A stretch of DNA of 64,000 nt, taken from NCBI GenBank assembly GCA_963771465.1, contig CAVYTU010000014.1, positions 544,001-608,000 on the forward strand, given 5' to 3'. Made by a program: the position numbers and the translations under genes. The stretch comes from an uncultured delta proteobacterium. Its GTDB lineage: Bacteria; Desulfobacterota; Binatia; UBA9968. Positions 49,478 to 59,601 of the stretch are shown one piece after another (positions within the stretch are counted from its first letter, which is position 1; the number at the start of each line of letters is the position of its first letter). Below the pieces are notes generated by a model. It ran no database searches. It worked only from the letters and a program-made list of their open reading frames with translations, and was not told the DNA's origin.

Positions 49478-50278
49478 TTAATGATGTCCCTGATGTGATT
49501 GTTGTGCTTCGTGCCCATGTTCTTCGTCATGACCATGACTGATGGCTAGCGCGACATAAATCATACTCAACAATGTAAAGACAAAGGCTTGTATCAGACT
49601 AACCAGCGTTCCCATGGCATAAAAAGCCACAGGTATCACCAGTTTGGTTAAACTAATAAACGCGCCGATCACTTCGTGGTCACCCATCATGTTGCCGAAC
49701 AGACGCAAAGATAACGAAACCGGCCGAAAACCATGGGAAAACAACTCCAGGATAAAGAAAAACATCACGGAAATGAGTAGCACTGGCAAGAACGCGAGCT
49801 TTGAAATGATACTGCCACCGGGCAGACCCGTCATCGGGCCGACGAAATGCTTGAAGTAGCTCAACCCTTGCTCGCGCACGCCGATCACGTTGTAGCCGAT
49901 GAAGGAACATAGAGCTAACCCGATCGTGGTATTGAGGTTAGCGGTCGGCGCGCCAAAACCGGGCAAGAGTCCCATTAAATTGCTGATCAATATAAAAATG
50001 AAAAATGTCCCATAAAACGGCACGTATTTGCGCCCAGCTTTGCCGATGATGGCGTCACTCTGGCTAACAATCAATTGGACCAACAGCTCGGCGAGGTTGC
50101 GCGAACCTAGCTCGGCCGCGGGTACGGCCGGATCTTGGGCTTTCGCGAGCGCGCCACGTGCTGACAACGCGAAGAGAATTAATAGAAAAACTGCAATCAG
50201 GGCGAAGAACGTGTGGTCGCCAAAAGCATGCTGCCAACCTTCAGGTAGCAAGTTATACCAAGTAAACGGATGTTCCAT
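49478..50278 (-). CDS. atpB: ATP synthase F0 subunit a
   Basis: SNLMGLLPG, RPVSLSLRLFGNM, IQAFVFTLLS; His-rich tail. Confidence 0.96.
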   Translation of the reverse strand: MEHPFTWYNLLPEGWQHAFGDHTFFALIAVFLLILFALSARGALAKAQDPAVPAAELGSRNLAELLVQLIVSQSDAIIGKAGRKYVPFYGTFFIFILISNLMGLLPGFGAPTANLNTTIGLALCSFIGYNVIGVREQGLSYFKHFVGPMTGLPGGSIISKLAFLPVLLISVMFFFILELFSHGFRPVSLSLRLFGNMMGDHEVIGAFISLTKLVIPVAFYAMGTLVSLIQAFVFTLLSMIYVALAISHGHDEEHGHEAQQSHQGHH

Positions 50279-50290
50279 CTTACAATCTTC

Positions 50291-50668
50291 CTATGTCGGC
50301 GAAGTCACGCTGCGGCGCACCGCCTCGATAACGATCGCGATAAGCAAAGTCGAAAAGCCGAGAGCAAAAGAGATCGCATCGAACTCAAAGTGAAAAAAAA
50401 CCGCGCTTAGCAGCCCCAAAAAAATCAATATCTTAAGAACGAGCAACCCGACTCCGGCTTTGACCCGCCCTTTACCCGCCAACGGCGTCAGAACCAAGGC
50501 GACACCGAAACTCAAGAGGAGGAAGTTCACGCCCATGAAAACGCCGCCAATCACTAAAGCGGTGGGCTCGACAATTTGGGTTCCACCGAGCGTCGCGACT
50601 AAGCCTAGCAACAATATTACATGCCAGAGCTCAATGCGCAGTATCGTTTTTTTCGCTGCGGGTTCCAT
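50291..50668 (-). CDS. atpI: ATP synthase protein I
   Basis: 4-TM protein directly upstream of atpB. Confidence 0.75.
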   Translation of the reverse strand: MEPAAKKTILRIELWHVILLLGLVATLGGTQIVEPTALVIGGVFMGVNFLLLSFGVALVLTPLAGKGRVKAGVGLLVLKILIFLGLLSAVFFHFEFDAISFALGFSTLLIAIVIEAVRRSVTSPT

Positions 50669-50915
50669 CGCGTTCACGGGCAAAGAACTTAACCCAACGC
50701 ACCAATCTCATAAAGGCTCCAGCGAAAGCTATCGCGGTGAGCGCGATCAGGAACCAAGGTGATGAACCGAGGTATAGGTCAAGGAAGTAACCCACTGCGA
50801 GGCCACCTATGATTGTGCCAGGCAGCTCAAAGGCCACTCCTAGATACAAACCCGCTCGGCGCACTAAGGGAGTTTGGTCGTCTTGGTTATTGGGGCGATC
50901 CCCAATTTTCTCCAC
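50631..50915 (-). CDS. AtpZ/AtpI-family protein
   Basis: G...GYFLD.YLGSSPW motif; first gene of the atp F0 operon. Confidence 0.8.
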   Translation of the reverse strand: MEKIGDRPNNQDDQTPLVRRAGLYLGVAFELPGTIIGGLAVGYFLDLYLGSSPWFLIALTAIAFAGAFMRLVRWVKFFARERDGTRSEKNDTAH

Positions 50916-50949
50916 TGGGCAAGTTTTCTACCATGAAGGTGGCAGCCGT

Positions 50950-52236
50950 TCAACCGCGTTTGGACGCGCTTACCCAGCGGTCGAACGCCAAAATAGTCTT
51001 GTCCAAATCGGCATTTGAATGCGCCAGGGAAACAAACATCGCTTCAAACGGCGCCGGTGGTAAATAGACGCCCTGAGCCAACATGAAGTGAAAATAATCA
51101 GCGAACATTTGCCGGTCGCATTTCCTGGCGTCATCGGCGTTTTGAACTTTGTCGATGCCGAAGAAAAGTGTCAGCATGGAACCGGCGCGATTAATCGTCG
51201 CTCTGATTCGGTTTTTCTTAATAACCTTTCTAAAGCCATCTTCTAAGCGCTTTCCTTTGGCGGCTAAACCTTGATAGGTACCATGCTGGCAAAGTAGTTT
51301 GAGTGTAGTCAATCCGGCTGCAACAGCTAAGGGGTTGCCTGATAAAGTTCCCGCCTGATACACCGGCCCAAGAGGGGCAAGCAAATCCATAACCTCCCGC
51401 CGCCCGCCAAAGGCTGCGAGTGGTAAGCCGCCGCCGAGAACTTTTCCCAGACACGTAAGATCGGGCTTGAGTTTGAAAACCTCTTGAGCGCCACCGAGAG
51501 CGACTCTAAACCCGGTGATCACCTCGTCAAAAATCAGGAGCGCGCCGTGATGTACGGTAATTTTGCGCAGGGCCGCAAGAAAACCAGGCTCCGGTAAGAT
51601 CACGCCCATGTTGCCGCAGATGGGTTCAACGATCACTGCAGCGATACTTTTCCCGAATTGATTGAACAATCTTTGCACCGACTTGATATCATTGTACCTA
51701 GCTGTCAGCGTTTCGTGGGCGAAGCTACGCGGTACACCCGGGCTATCCGGAAGTCCCAGTGTCGCCACAGCCGAACCCGCTTTCACCAGCAAACCATCGG
51801 AGTGACCGTGATAGCAACCGTCGAATTTGACCAATTTCGTGCGCTGGGTAAACGCGCGGGCTAAACGAATCGCGCTCATGGTCGCTTCGGTGCCTGAACT
51901 GACAAGCCGCAACTTCTCGACGGATGGCACGATTCGCGAAACTAGCTCAGCTAAATCAACTTCTCCTCCAGTTGGCGCACCAAACGTCGTACCTTTGGCC
52001 GCTTTTTGCTTTAGCGCCTGAACAATCCGTGGATGGGCATGCCCGAGAATCAGCGGTCCCCAGGAGCCGATGAAATCGATATAACGTTTGCCATCGGCGT
52101 CGTAGATGTAACTCCCTTTGCCACGTGTAATAAATCGCGGCACGCCGCCGACGGATTGCCAAGCGCGCACGGGACTGTTGACGCCGCCGGGAATTTTTCG
52201 TAGCGCGCGGGCAAATATTTTTTCGGATTCAGCCAT
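50950..52236 (-). CDS. hemL: Glutamate-1-semialdehyde 2,1-aminomutase
   Basis: PGGVNSPVRA, SGTEATM, GCYHGH, FDEVITGFR, GKVLGGG, QAGTLSGNP. Confidence 0.97.
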   Translation of the reverse strand: MAESEKIFARALRKIPGGVNSPVRAWQSVGGVPRFITRGKGSYIYDADGKRYIDFIGSWGPLILGHAHPRIVQALKQKAAKGTTFGAPTGGEVDLAELVSRIVPSVEKLRLVSSGTEATMSAIRLARAFTQRTKLVKFDGCYHGHSDGLLVKAGSAVATLGLPDSPGVPRSFAHETLTARYNDIKSVQRLFNQFGKSIAAVIVEPICGNMGVILPEPGFLAALRKITVHHGALLIFDEVITGFRVALGGAQEVFKLKPDLTCLGKVLGGGLPLAAFGGRREVMDLLAPLGPVYQAGTLSGNPLAVAAGLTTLKLLCQHGTYQGLAAKGKRLEDGFRKVIKKNRIRATINRAGSMLTLFFGIDKVQNADDARKCDRQMFADYFHFMLAQGVYLPPAPFEAMFVSLAHSNADLDKTILAFDRWVSASKRG

Positions 52237-52289
52237 GATTCTGAGTGAAGTTTGCTAACACCGGCTTACCGAGCTGTCAAGAAAATCGC

Positions 52290-52600
52290 AGCGTGAAAGA
52301 AAAAAAATTTCTTGTGGACTTTTTTCTTGCAATGAATTTTGAAAAGGACTATGACAGTCCCTTCCGACGCACAAACAAAAATTTTTTCACTATTATTTTT
52401 GCATCAGGGCGCGAATGTTTGATCTTACCAGTCATCGATTTATCGGTTCTTGTAAATGAATTATCCTGCGCTGATTTTCGCCGCCTGCCGCGAGTTTCTC
52501 GCAGATCATCTAATAACTAAGTTATCCACAGCTGTGGATAACTATGTTTGTAACTATTTTTTAACTTCCCTCGTTATTTCAATCGTTTAGCGACACGACT
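52290..52600. other. oriC part 1 / dnaA promoter region
   Basis: AT-rich; inverted perfect DnaA boxes TTATCCACA (52522-52530) and TGTGGATAA (52533-52541). Confidence 0.8.
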
Positions 52601-53944
52601 ATGCCTGACATTTGGAATGAAGCCCTTGGGCAAATAAAAGAGCGGATTGGTAAGCAAAACTTTGACACGTGGATCAAGCCTACTTGTTTTGCCCTTCGAA
52701 GCAAGAACGAGATCGTTCTCGAAGTCCCCAATAAATTTTTTCGTGATTGGCTGACCGAACATTATCTCGCAGATATTGAAACTGTGCTGACGTCGATCAG
52801 CAAGAATGATCTGGTTGTGACTTTTGAGATCAATCCCAAGCTCGAACAACAATCACCGACGGCGAAAATGGCAAAAAAACCGGACAAAGAGCCTGATCGT
52901 CCGGCGCAAACCAGCCATAGCCTTATCACGAAGTATACCTTCGAAAACTTCGTTATAGGTGCTAGCAACCAATTTGCCCATGCGGCTTGCATGGCGGTCG
53001 CAAATCAACCGGGTGAACATTACAATCCACTATTTATTTACGGCGGCGTCGGTCTCGGCAAGACCCATTTGGTCAACGCCATCGGTCATCGCGCGGTGGC
53101 GCAACGATCAAATCTGAAAATCGTTTATCTTAGTTCCGAATCGTTCATGAACGAGCTCATCGCGTCGCTTCGGCGCGATAAAATGGACGAATTCAAGAAA
53201 AAGTTTCGTAACGTCGACGTGCTCCTCGTCGACGATGTGCAATTCATCGCCGGCAAGGAAAGAACCCAAGAAGAGTTTTTTCATACATTTAACTCACTTT
53301 ACGAATCACATAAGCAAATCGTCATCACCTCGGATAAATTTCCCAAGGAGATTCCCGGTCTCGAGGATCGCTTGCGCAACCGATTCGAATGGGGCTTGAT
53401 CGCCGATATCCAGAGCCCTGATATGGAAACTCGGGTAGCAATCCTGCAGAAAAAGGCTGAAATTGAAGGCGTGCAGCTACCCCATGACGTGGCGATTTTC
53501 CTAGCCTCGAACATCGACTCCAACGTGCGCGAGCTGGAAGGATCGCTTACTCGCCTCGGCGCTTTTTCTTCCTTGACCAAGACTGCGATCACGGTCGAAT
53601 TCGCCAAAGAAGTTTTGCGTCAGAACCTAAAGAGCGCGGAAAGAGACGTCACCGTCGAAGGTATTCAGAAAACGATTTGCGAATATTTCAATATCAAGAT
53701 GGGCGATCTTAAAGCAAAAAGACGAACTCAGAACATCGCATTGCCACGCCAAGTCGCCATGTATCTCTGCCGAAAACACACCGAAACATCTTTTCCTGGC
53801 ATCGGTGATAAGTTTGGCGGCCGCGATCACTCCACCGTTATCCACGCCTCGAAGACAATTGAACGCAAAATAAAGGAAGATCCGCACATGCTCACCACAA
53901 TCGAAAAACTCGAAAGAAACTTAAACCTCAGGAAAAAGCTGTGA
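52601..53944 (+). CDS. dnaA: Chromosomal replication initiator DnaA
   Basis: YTFENFV, GGVGLGKTHL, DDVQF, NVRELEG, RDHSTV. Confidence 0.99.
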   Translation: MPDIWNEALGQIKERIGKQNFDTWIKPTCFALRSKNEIVLEVPNKFFRDWLTEHYLADIETVLTSISKNDLVVTFEINPKLEQQSPTAKMAKKPDKEPDRPAQTSHSLITKYTFENFVIGASNQFAHAACMAVANQPGEHYNPLFIYGGVGLGKTHLVNAIGHRAVAQRSNLKIVYLSSESFMNELIASLRRDKMDEFKKKFRNVDVLLVDDVQFIAGKERTQEEFFHTFNSLYESHKQIVITSDKFPKEIPGLEDRLRNRFEWGLIADIQSPDMETRVAILQKKAEIEGVQLPHDVAIFLASNIDSNVRELEGSLTRLGAFSSLTKTAITVEFAKEVLRQNLKSAERDVTVEGIQKTICEYFNIKMGDLKAKRRTQNIALPRQVAMYLCRKHTETSFPGIGDKFGGRDHSTVIHASKTIERKIKEDPHMLTTIEKLERNLNLRKKL

Positions 53945-54140
53945 ATAAGCTGTGGCTAACCGGCAAGTTTATTGTTGAGGTCTGTGGGCTAAACGTGTTG
54001 TCCGGTATCGCTCAGTGAACAGCAGAAGTAGCGATTGAAATAAACCACAAGCTACCCCGCCGATAATTATAGACAAACGCGTTTGTCTACCTTGTGCACA
54101 GCCCCTACTATTACTCCTAATTTTTATATATATAGAAAGA
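53940..54140. other. oriC part 2 with basal unwinding system (DnaA boxes, GC-rich motif, DnaA-trios, AT-rich tract)
   Basis: TGTGAATAA, TGTGGCTAA, TTATAGACA, then TTGTGCACA-GCCCC-TACTATTACTCCTAA-TTTTTATATATATA. Confidence 0.85.
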
Positions 54141-54163
54141 AACAGAAGAGGTAGGGAGGAAGT

Positions 54164-55270
54164 ATGGAAATTAAAGCTAAGCGGGGAGATCTTCTCGCAA
54201 CGCTTTATTGGACACAAAGTATCGTGGAACGGCGCAATACTATGCCGATTCTTGCCAACGTCCTAATCGAAGCGCAAAGAGGCGATATTCGCCTCACAGC
54301 CACCGACTTAGAGGTGGGAGTAAGAGGACAAGTCGAGGGTGAGGTTGTTAAAGAGGGAACGATTACGGTCAGCGCCAAGAAGCTTTACGAGATCGTTCGT
54401 GAGGTACCCAACGATCAGGTTCAAATAAAACGGTTGGAAAATGATTGGGTGGAAATTCGTAGTGGCAAGTCGGTTTTTAAGATCGTCGGTATGGACGCCA
54501 AAGAGTTTCCCCAATTTCCGAAGTTCGATAGCAAGGGTTTGTCGAGTATGCCAGCTTCGACAATCCGGGAAATGATCGAGCGCACGATTTTCTCAGTTTC
54601 AACCGACGAGACTCGTTATAGCTTAAACGGGGTATATATCGAACAAAACGAAGGCGGAAAAGTAAGAATGGTGGCCACGGACGGTCATCGGCTGGCTTTT
54701 GAAGAGAAAGATGTTGGCGCGTTAGGCTTGACCAAGGGCGTGATCCTGCCACGTAAAGGTTTGTCTGAGCTCAAGAAATTATTGGAGAACGGCGAGGATG
54801 GCGTTGTCTCGCTGGGCTTCAAGGAGACCATGGGGCTGGTCATCAAGGATAAAGTTGAACTGTTCATGCGTTTGATTGACGGCGACTTTCCGGACTATAC
54901 AAAGGTAATTCCCAAAGGGAACCCCAATATCGCCAAACTTGATCATGACGAGTTGCTCCAGGCGTTGCGTCGCGTGTCGATTCTTTCCAGCGAACGTTAC
55001 AAGGGCGTGCGGATGGAATTTTCCGACAGCAAGGTTTCGATTTCGGCGAATAATCCGGATTTAGGCGAGGCGGTCGAAGATATTGAAGCCGAGTATAAGG
55101 GAAAAGCGATATCGATCGGTTTCAACGCCCGTTACATGATCGATGTTTTGGGCGTTCTCACGGGTGACGGCGAGATTGATATCGAGCTGAAGGATGAACT
55201 AAGCCCCAGCGTGATTCGTAAAAACGGCGTTGACGATTATCTTTATGTGCTGATGCCGATGAGATTGTAA
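54164..55270 (+). CDS. dnaN: DNA polymerase III beta clamp
   Basis: PILANVL, ATDLE, ATDGHRLA, FNARY, VLMPMRL. Confidence 0.98.
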   Translation: MEIKAKRGDLLATLYWTQSIVERRNTMPILANVLIEAQRGDIRLTATDLEVGVRGQVEGEVVKEGTITVSAKKLYEIVREVPNDQVQIKRLENDWVEIRSGKSVFKIVGMDAKEFPQFPKFDSKGLSSMPASTIREMIERTIFSVSTDETRYSLNGVYIEQNEGGKVRMVATDGHRLAFEEKDVGALGLTKGVILPRKGLSELKKLLENGEDGVVSLGFKETMGLVIKDKVELFMRLIDGDFPDYTKVIPKGNPNIAKLDHDELLQALRRVSILSSERYKGVRMEFSDSKVSISANNPDLGEAVEDIEAEYKGKAISIGFNARYMIDVLGVLTGDGEIDIELKDELSPSVIRKNGVDDYLYVLMPMRL

Positions 55271-55310
55271 CGGTTGACGAGAAAACAGCCAGAGCTATTT
55301 CGGAAAAACA

Positions 55311-56174
55311 CTAATTCTTGTATTTTGCATCGAGAGCGTATTTTTCGTTTAGACCGACGATAGCGTTAAAATCATCGAAGGCCATCAGCTGGTCGAGAAT
55401 ACCCAAAGTCGAGCCATCGCGGCGCAGCGTCGTGTATACATCGGTTAGCGACTTGGCAACCGAGTAAAGGGGCGCCAGTGGCCAAACGATTAGATCGAAG
55501 CCGAGTTCTTTCAATTCTTTCGGTGCCATCAGGGGCGTAACGCCGCGTTCGAGCATATTCGCAACCAGCGGCCCTGGTACCTGTTTGGAAATCTCCCTCA
55601 TTTCTTCCTTGGATTCAGGGGCTTCGATAAACACCGCGTCGGCCCCAGCCGCTTTGAATGCGAGCCCACGTTTGATCGCTTCGCTCAGTCCCAAAGCCTG
55701 CCGTGAGTCAGTGCGCGCGACGATGAAAAAATCATTATTACCTTTGGCTTCTACGGCGGCGCCAATTTTTTTTAACTGCTCGTCCAGGGGAATGACTTGT
55801 TTTCCCTTCATATGGCCACAGCGTTTGGGCCACACTTGATCTTCGAGGAACATCCCGCCGGCACCAGCGCGGATCAAATCTTGCACGGTGCGCATGACGT
55901 TAATCGCGTTGCCGTAACCCGTGTCGGCATCGACGATCACTGGTGGGTCAACCACTGAGCAGATTCGCTGCGCGGCACTCACGACTTCGGTTTGTGTTAG
56001 CAAACCAAAATCAGGTTCGCCCAATAAGGTTGCCGACAGGCTATAGCCGGTAATAAAGATAACTTCAAAGCCGGCGCGAGCGGCGATTTTTGCGCTGAGC
56101 GCATCATAAACGCCGGGCATGATCAGCTGACCATGTTGAGCTAATGCTTGACGGATTAGTTGCGCTTTTACCAT
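55311..56174 (-). CDS. Isocitrate lyase/PEP mutase family (PrpB/dimethylmalate lyase-like)
   Basis: DALSA, DADTGYG, EDQVWPKRCGH, ARTD. Confidence 0.92.
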   Translation of the reverse strand: MVKAQLIRQALAQHGQLIMPGVYDALSAKIAARAGFEVIFITGYSLSATLLGEPDFGLLTQTEVVSAAQRICSVVDPPVIVDADTGYGNAINVMRTVQDLIRAGAGGMFLEDQVWPKRCGHMKGKQVIPLDEQLKKIGAAVEAKGNNDFFIVARTDSRQALGLSEAIKRGLAFKAAGADAVFIEAPESKEEMREISKQVPGPLVANMLERGVTPLMAPKELKELGFDLIVWPLAPLYSVAKSLTDVYTTLRRDGSTLGILDQLMAFDDFNAIVGLNEKYALDAKYKN

Positions 56175-56234
56175 AACGGCAATGACAATCTCATGTCAAA
56201 ACTTGCCAGATTGACTAACTACCTAATCAGAAAC

Positions 56235-56600
56235 TCACCGCCGCGGCCCGCCGCGACCGAAACCGCGCGGTGCCATGGGCTCCAGTTTTGGCGATAAGCG
56301 CAAAAGCTTTGCTGACTTCAATCCGAGCACATCGGCGCCATAACGCGACTTGTCTAGATGCTCGCTACGGGCTTTGATTTTTTGACGAATTTGATGGCGC
56401 TTAATCATGTCGGCCTTAGCCGCTTTGAGATCTTGGAGGTCGAGCATGACGTCGCCTTCGTGGTTACGGAGTTTTACATGAACGGTAAACCTTGTCCCTT
56501 CGCCCTCTTTTGCCGAAAAGTCGATTCTCTTGTCTACGCTACGAATGATATCGCGCAACAAGTTTTCTTCCTCTTGAAAAACGCCTTTGCCAAACATCAT
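56235..56600 (-). CDS. Hypothetical basic protein with RGG-like tail
   Basis: AAGGAGG RBS before ATGATG; ends PRGFGRGGPRR. Confidence 0.65.
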   Translation of the reverse strand: MMFGKGVFQEEENLLRDIIRSVDKRIDFSAKEGEGTRFTVHVKLRNHEGDVMLDLQDLKAAKADMIKRHQIRQKIKARSEHLDKSRYGADVLGLKSAKLLRLSPKLEPMAPRGFGRGGPRR

Positions 56601-56760
56601 CCCTCCTTGCCGTGAGCTGCGGCACATTCTTTAGGTATCGGAAATTTACGCCATTCAATAATGAAGATCAATCTGGAAAAACTCGAAGACGAGCCATCCA
56701 GACGTGACCGCGCCGCGCTGGTTCCGAGACTGACGCTAGCAAGCATCGCGGTTTTCATAA

Positions 56761-57726
56761 CTACGAGTGCGCCTCCGTATTAATGAATAGTTCGTCGAGA
56801 GCGATTTTCCGCCCAATCAGCCCCTGTTCCTGGGAATACTGCATCAAGGTATTGAGCGCCTGCCGATTGACCTCGCCGAGTCCGTAAACCCAAGGATCGG
56901 AGCCGAGCACTTCTTCCTGTTCTTCTAAGAATGAGCGGAACCAGGCGAGCGGCACGATGCGCGGGTTTTCCATGCGCTTGTACGCCGCTATTTTCGACGC
57001 TTCCAGGGCTTGATACAAATTGATCGGCACCCAGGGATACTTGTCGACGATCTCCTGCTTGATCGCGGTCGTGTGCATGATCGGGAAAATACCGGTGCGT
57101 TTGAAGTAATCCATTTCCAAGTCGCGATAATTGGGAAACAGCCGGGCGACGCGGGTATCCTTTTTAAGAATCGGCTCAATGATTTCCGGGTGAATCAGCG
57201 CGTCGATCTCGCCATCGACCAGCATTTTTTCAATGCTATTACCAGCTGGGATGCGCTGGATTTTCAAATCCGCGGGCGGCGTCCAGTCGACTTCTTCATC
57301 GTCTTGCTTGAGCCAATGCAAGCTTCGATGGGGCACGCCGTGCTCGTGTTCCAAGATGCCGCGAATCCATAGATTCGCCGTCGCTTGAAAATTACGCAGG
57401 CCGACTTTGCGGCCGATTAGGTCCGACGGTTTGGTAATGCCTTTGCTGGTGTTTAAAAAAACAAAACCGTGACGAAAACGGCGGTGCAGAAAAACCGGAA
57501 TCGCCACGAAGGGCAAGCCGGTGTATTTCGCCATCAGATAATTCGACATCGACAGTTCGGCGCAGTCGAACTCGCGATTGCGCAGCATGCGCCAGTGGCG
57601 AGTGTCAGACGTCATGTCGGTGATCACGGTGAGCTCGATGCCGTCCGCTTTCACCGTGCCTTCTTTCAATGCACGAATGCTTTCATAATCGCCGACCGCC
57701 AAGGTGAGATGAATTTTTTTGCTCAT
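56761..57726 (-). CDS. 4,5-dihydroxyphthalate decarboxylase-like (binding-protein fold, no signal peptide)
   Basis: LTLAVGDY, ELSMS, IPVF..R.FRH, W.RGIL, TGIFPIMH, DPWVYG...N. Confidence 0.8.
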   Translation of the reverse strand: MSKKIHLTLAVGDYESIRALKEGTVKADGIELTVITDMTSDTRHWRMLRNREFDCAELSMSNYLMAKYTGLPFVAIPVFLHRRFRHGFVFLNTSKGITKPSDLIGRKVGLRNFQATANLWIRGILEHEHGVPHRSLHWLKQDDEEVDWTPPADLKIQRIPAGNSIEKMLVDGEIDALIHPEIIEPILKKDTRVARLFPNYRDLEMDYFKRTGIFPIMHTTAIKQEIVDKYPWVPINLYQALEASKIAAYKRMENPRIVPLAWFRSFLEEQEEVLGSDPWVYGLGEVNRQALNTLMQYSQEQGLIGRKIALDELFINTEAHS

Positions 57727-57823
57727 GGGGCCGTATCTAGCATGCTTGCCACGTCATGCCAAACGGTTGAATTCGCAGCGCGAATTGTTACCTTTGAACG
57801 ACTTTCAAGCCGGAGGATAGACC

Positions 57824-58807
57824 ATGCAATGGACCTTTGCGAAAATCGCCGTGACCCTCGTTACGCTTCTACTGTCAGCGCAGACATGGGCGCAGGCGCC
57901 AGTGCGAATCAATTGGACCGCCGTCACTGGCGCGCAAAGCGGCATGTTCATGGCGCAGCAAGAAGGATTGTTCAAGAAAAACGGCTTGGACGTCGAGTTG
58001 CTGCATATCTCTTCGAGCTCGCGCGGCATCCAGGCGATTCTCGCTGGCGAGCTCGCATTCTCGTATATGGACGGATCAAACCTAACCCAAGCGAATCTGA
58101 AGGGCGCTAACATCGCTTTAGTCGCTGGCGCCACCAACCGGCAGGTTTTTTCCCTGATGTCGAAACCAGAAATCAAACGAGTCGCCGATTTGAGAGGGAA
58201 AAAGATCGGCATTACCCGTATCGGCTCTTCAACGCACACCTCGGCGCTCTACGCGCTAAACTCTGCCGGGCTGAAGCAAAATGACTATCAAATACTGCCG
58301 CTGGTAGAAGTGCCGAATATCTTGACCGCGTTGATCGCCGGTCAGGTGGATGCCGGCGTGGTTTCGCCGCCGACGAATAGCCGCGCGCGCAAAGCCGGCT
58401 TAAATGAACTGATGAATCTCGCTAAAGAGGGACCGGAGTTCGTCTCCGTGGCGATCGGCGCGAGCCGCAGCTATATCAAAGCCAATGAAGACATCGTCCG
58501 GCGAGTCGTGCGCGCCTATGCCGAAGGCGTACAGATTTTTAAGAACAACAAGCCGGCGGCGCAGCGGATGATGCAGAAATATCTGCGAGTGAAGGAGCAA
58601 GATATTTTGGACGACGCCTACAATCAGTTCCGCGAGTATCTGGAATACCCGCCCTATGTCACGCGGAAGGCGATCGAAAATGTCATCGCCGACGTCGCCA
58701 CCACTGACCCAACAGCGAAGAATGCTAAGCCGGAAGATTTTATGGACATGCGTTTCGTCGCGGAGTTGGAGAAGCAGGGATTTTTTAAAGCCACAAGCGG
58801 GAAATGA
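57824..58807 (+). CDS. ABC substrate-binding protein, NitT/TauT/SsuA family
   Basis: Signal peptide, GLFKKNGLDVEL, DLRGKKIGI...GS, G.VDA. Confidence 0.88.
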   Translation: MQWTFAKIAVTLVTLLLSAQTWAQAPVRINWTAVTGAQSGMFMAQQEGLFKKNGLDVELLHISSSSRGIQAILAGELAFSYMDGSNLTQANLKGANIALVAGATNRQVFSLMSKPEIKRVADLRGKKIGITRIGSSTHTSALYALNSAGLKQNDYQILPLVEVPNILTALIAGQVDAGVVSPPTNSRARKAGLNELMNLAKEGPEFVSVAIGASRSYIKANEDIVRRVVRAYAEGVQIFKNNKPAAQRMMQKYLRVKEQDILDDAYNQFREYLEYPPYVTRKAIENVIADVATTDPTAKNAKPEDFMDMRFVAELEKQGFFKATSGK

Positions 58808-58868
58808 GTCAGCGGGTGGTATTAGCCCTTACGTAAATACTTTGCGCTCCGCGAAATTGCCGCCGCTA

Positions 58869-59579
58869 TCAATTCGACTTGCGAAACTTTTTCGCGCGGC
58901 GGACGAAATACTCCCACATCGATTCCAACCGGTGCGGCGTGTAGATCTGCTCGTACTTGATGGCGGCTTCGGCATCGCTGGTCCAGGAGGGATCGCCCGA
59001 TGCGGTGGCCATGAGCTGAATGCGCGCCGCTTTTTCTAAGAAAATTGCATACAGGGTGGCGACTTCGATGGATTCACCCACCACCGTCGAACCGTGATTT
59101 TTCATCAGCACGCCGCGGTATTTGCCCAGGCTTTTGGCGACTTCGACACCCAATTCCTGGGTGCGAATGAGCGCTGTCGTGTAGTCGAAAGTCGGCAGCC
59201 CTTCGTAGAAAATATTCCCTTCGTGGCTGATCGGGCGCAGTTTTTGACCTAAAGCGCCAAAAGCCGTCGCATAGGGAGGATGCGAGTGCACTACGCAGTT
59301 CACATCCTTGCGAGCTTTCATAATCTCGGTGTGTATGAAGACTTCGGAATGGCGTTCGTATTTACCGTCTGTCTTTTTACCCGTCGCGATATCGACCACG
59401 ATGATATGCTGCGGGCGGATTTCTTCGAAACCGAAGCTATGCGGCTTCATGAGGATCTTGTTCTGCCCCGGAACTCGCACCGAAACATGGCCGAGGATGT
59501 TGTCCCAGTGACCTTCGTGAGCGAGTATGTTGCACGAATAAGCGAGATTTTCTTTGAGCTCTTTGATGCTGGCGGCCAT
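58869..59579 (-). CDS. Class II aldolase/adducin family protein
   Basis: GHVSVR, SEVFIHTEI..AR.DV..VVHSHP, MKNHG. Confidence 0.9.
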   Translation of the reverse strand: MAASIKELKENLAYSCNILAHEGHWDNILGHVSVRVPGQNKILMKPHSFGFEEIRPQHIIVVDIATGKKTDGKYERHSEVFIHTEIMKARKDVNCVVHSHPPYATAFGALGQKLRPISHEGNIFYEGLPTFDYTTALIRTQELGVEVAKSLGKYRGVLMKNHGSTVVGESIEVATLYAIFLEKAARIQLMATASGDPSWTSDAEAAIKYEQIYTPHRLESMWEYFVRRAKKFRKSN

Positions 59580-59601
59580 TTTAACTCCGGTTCTTTGATC
59601 C

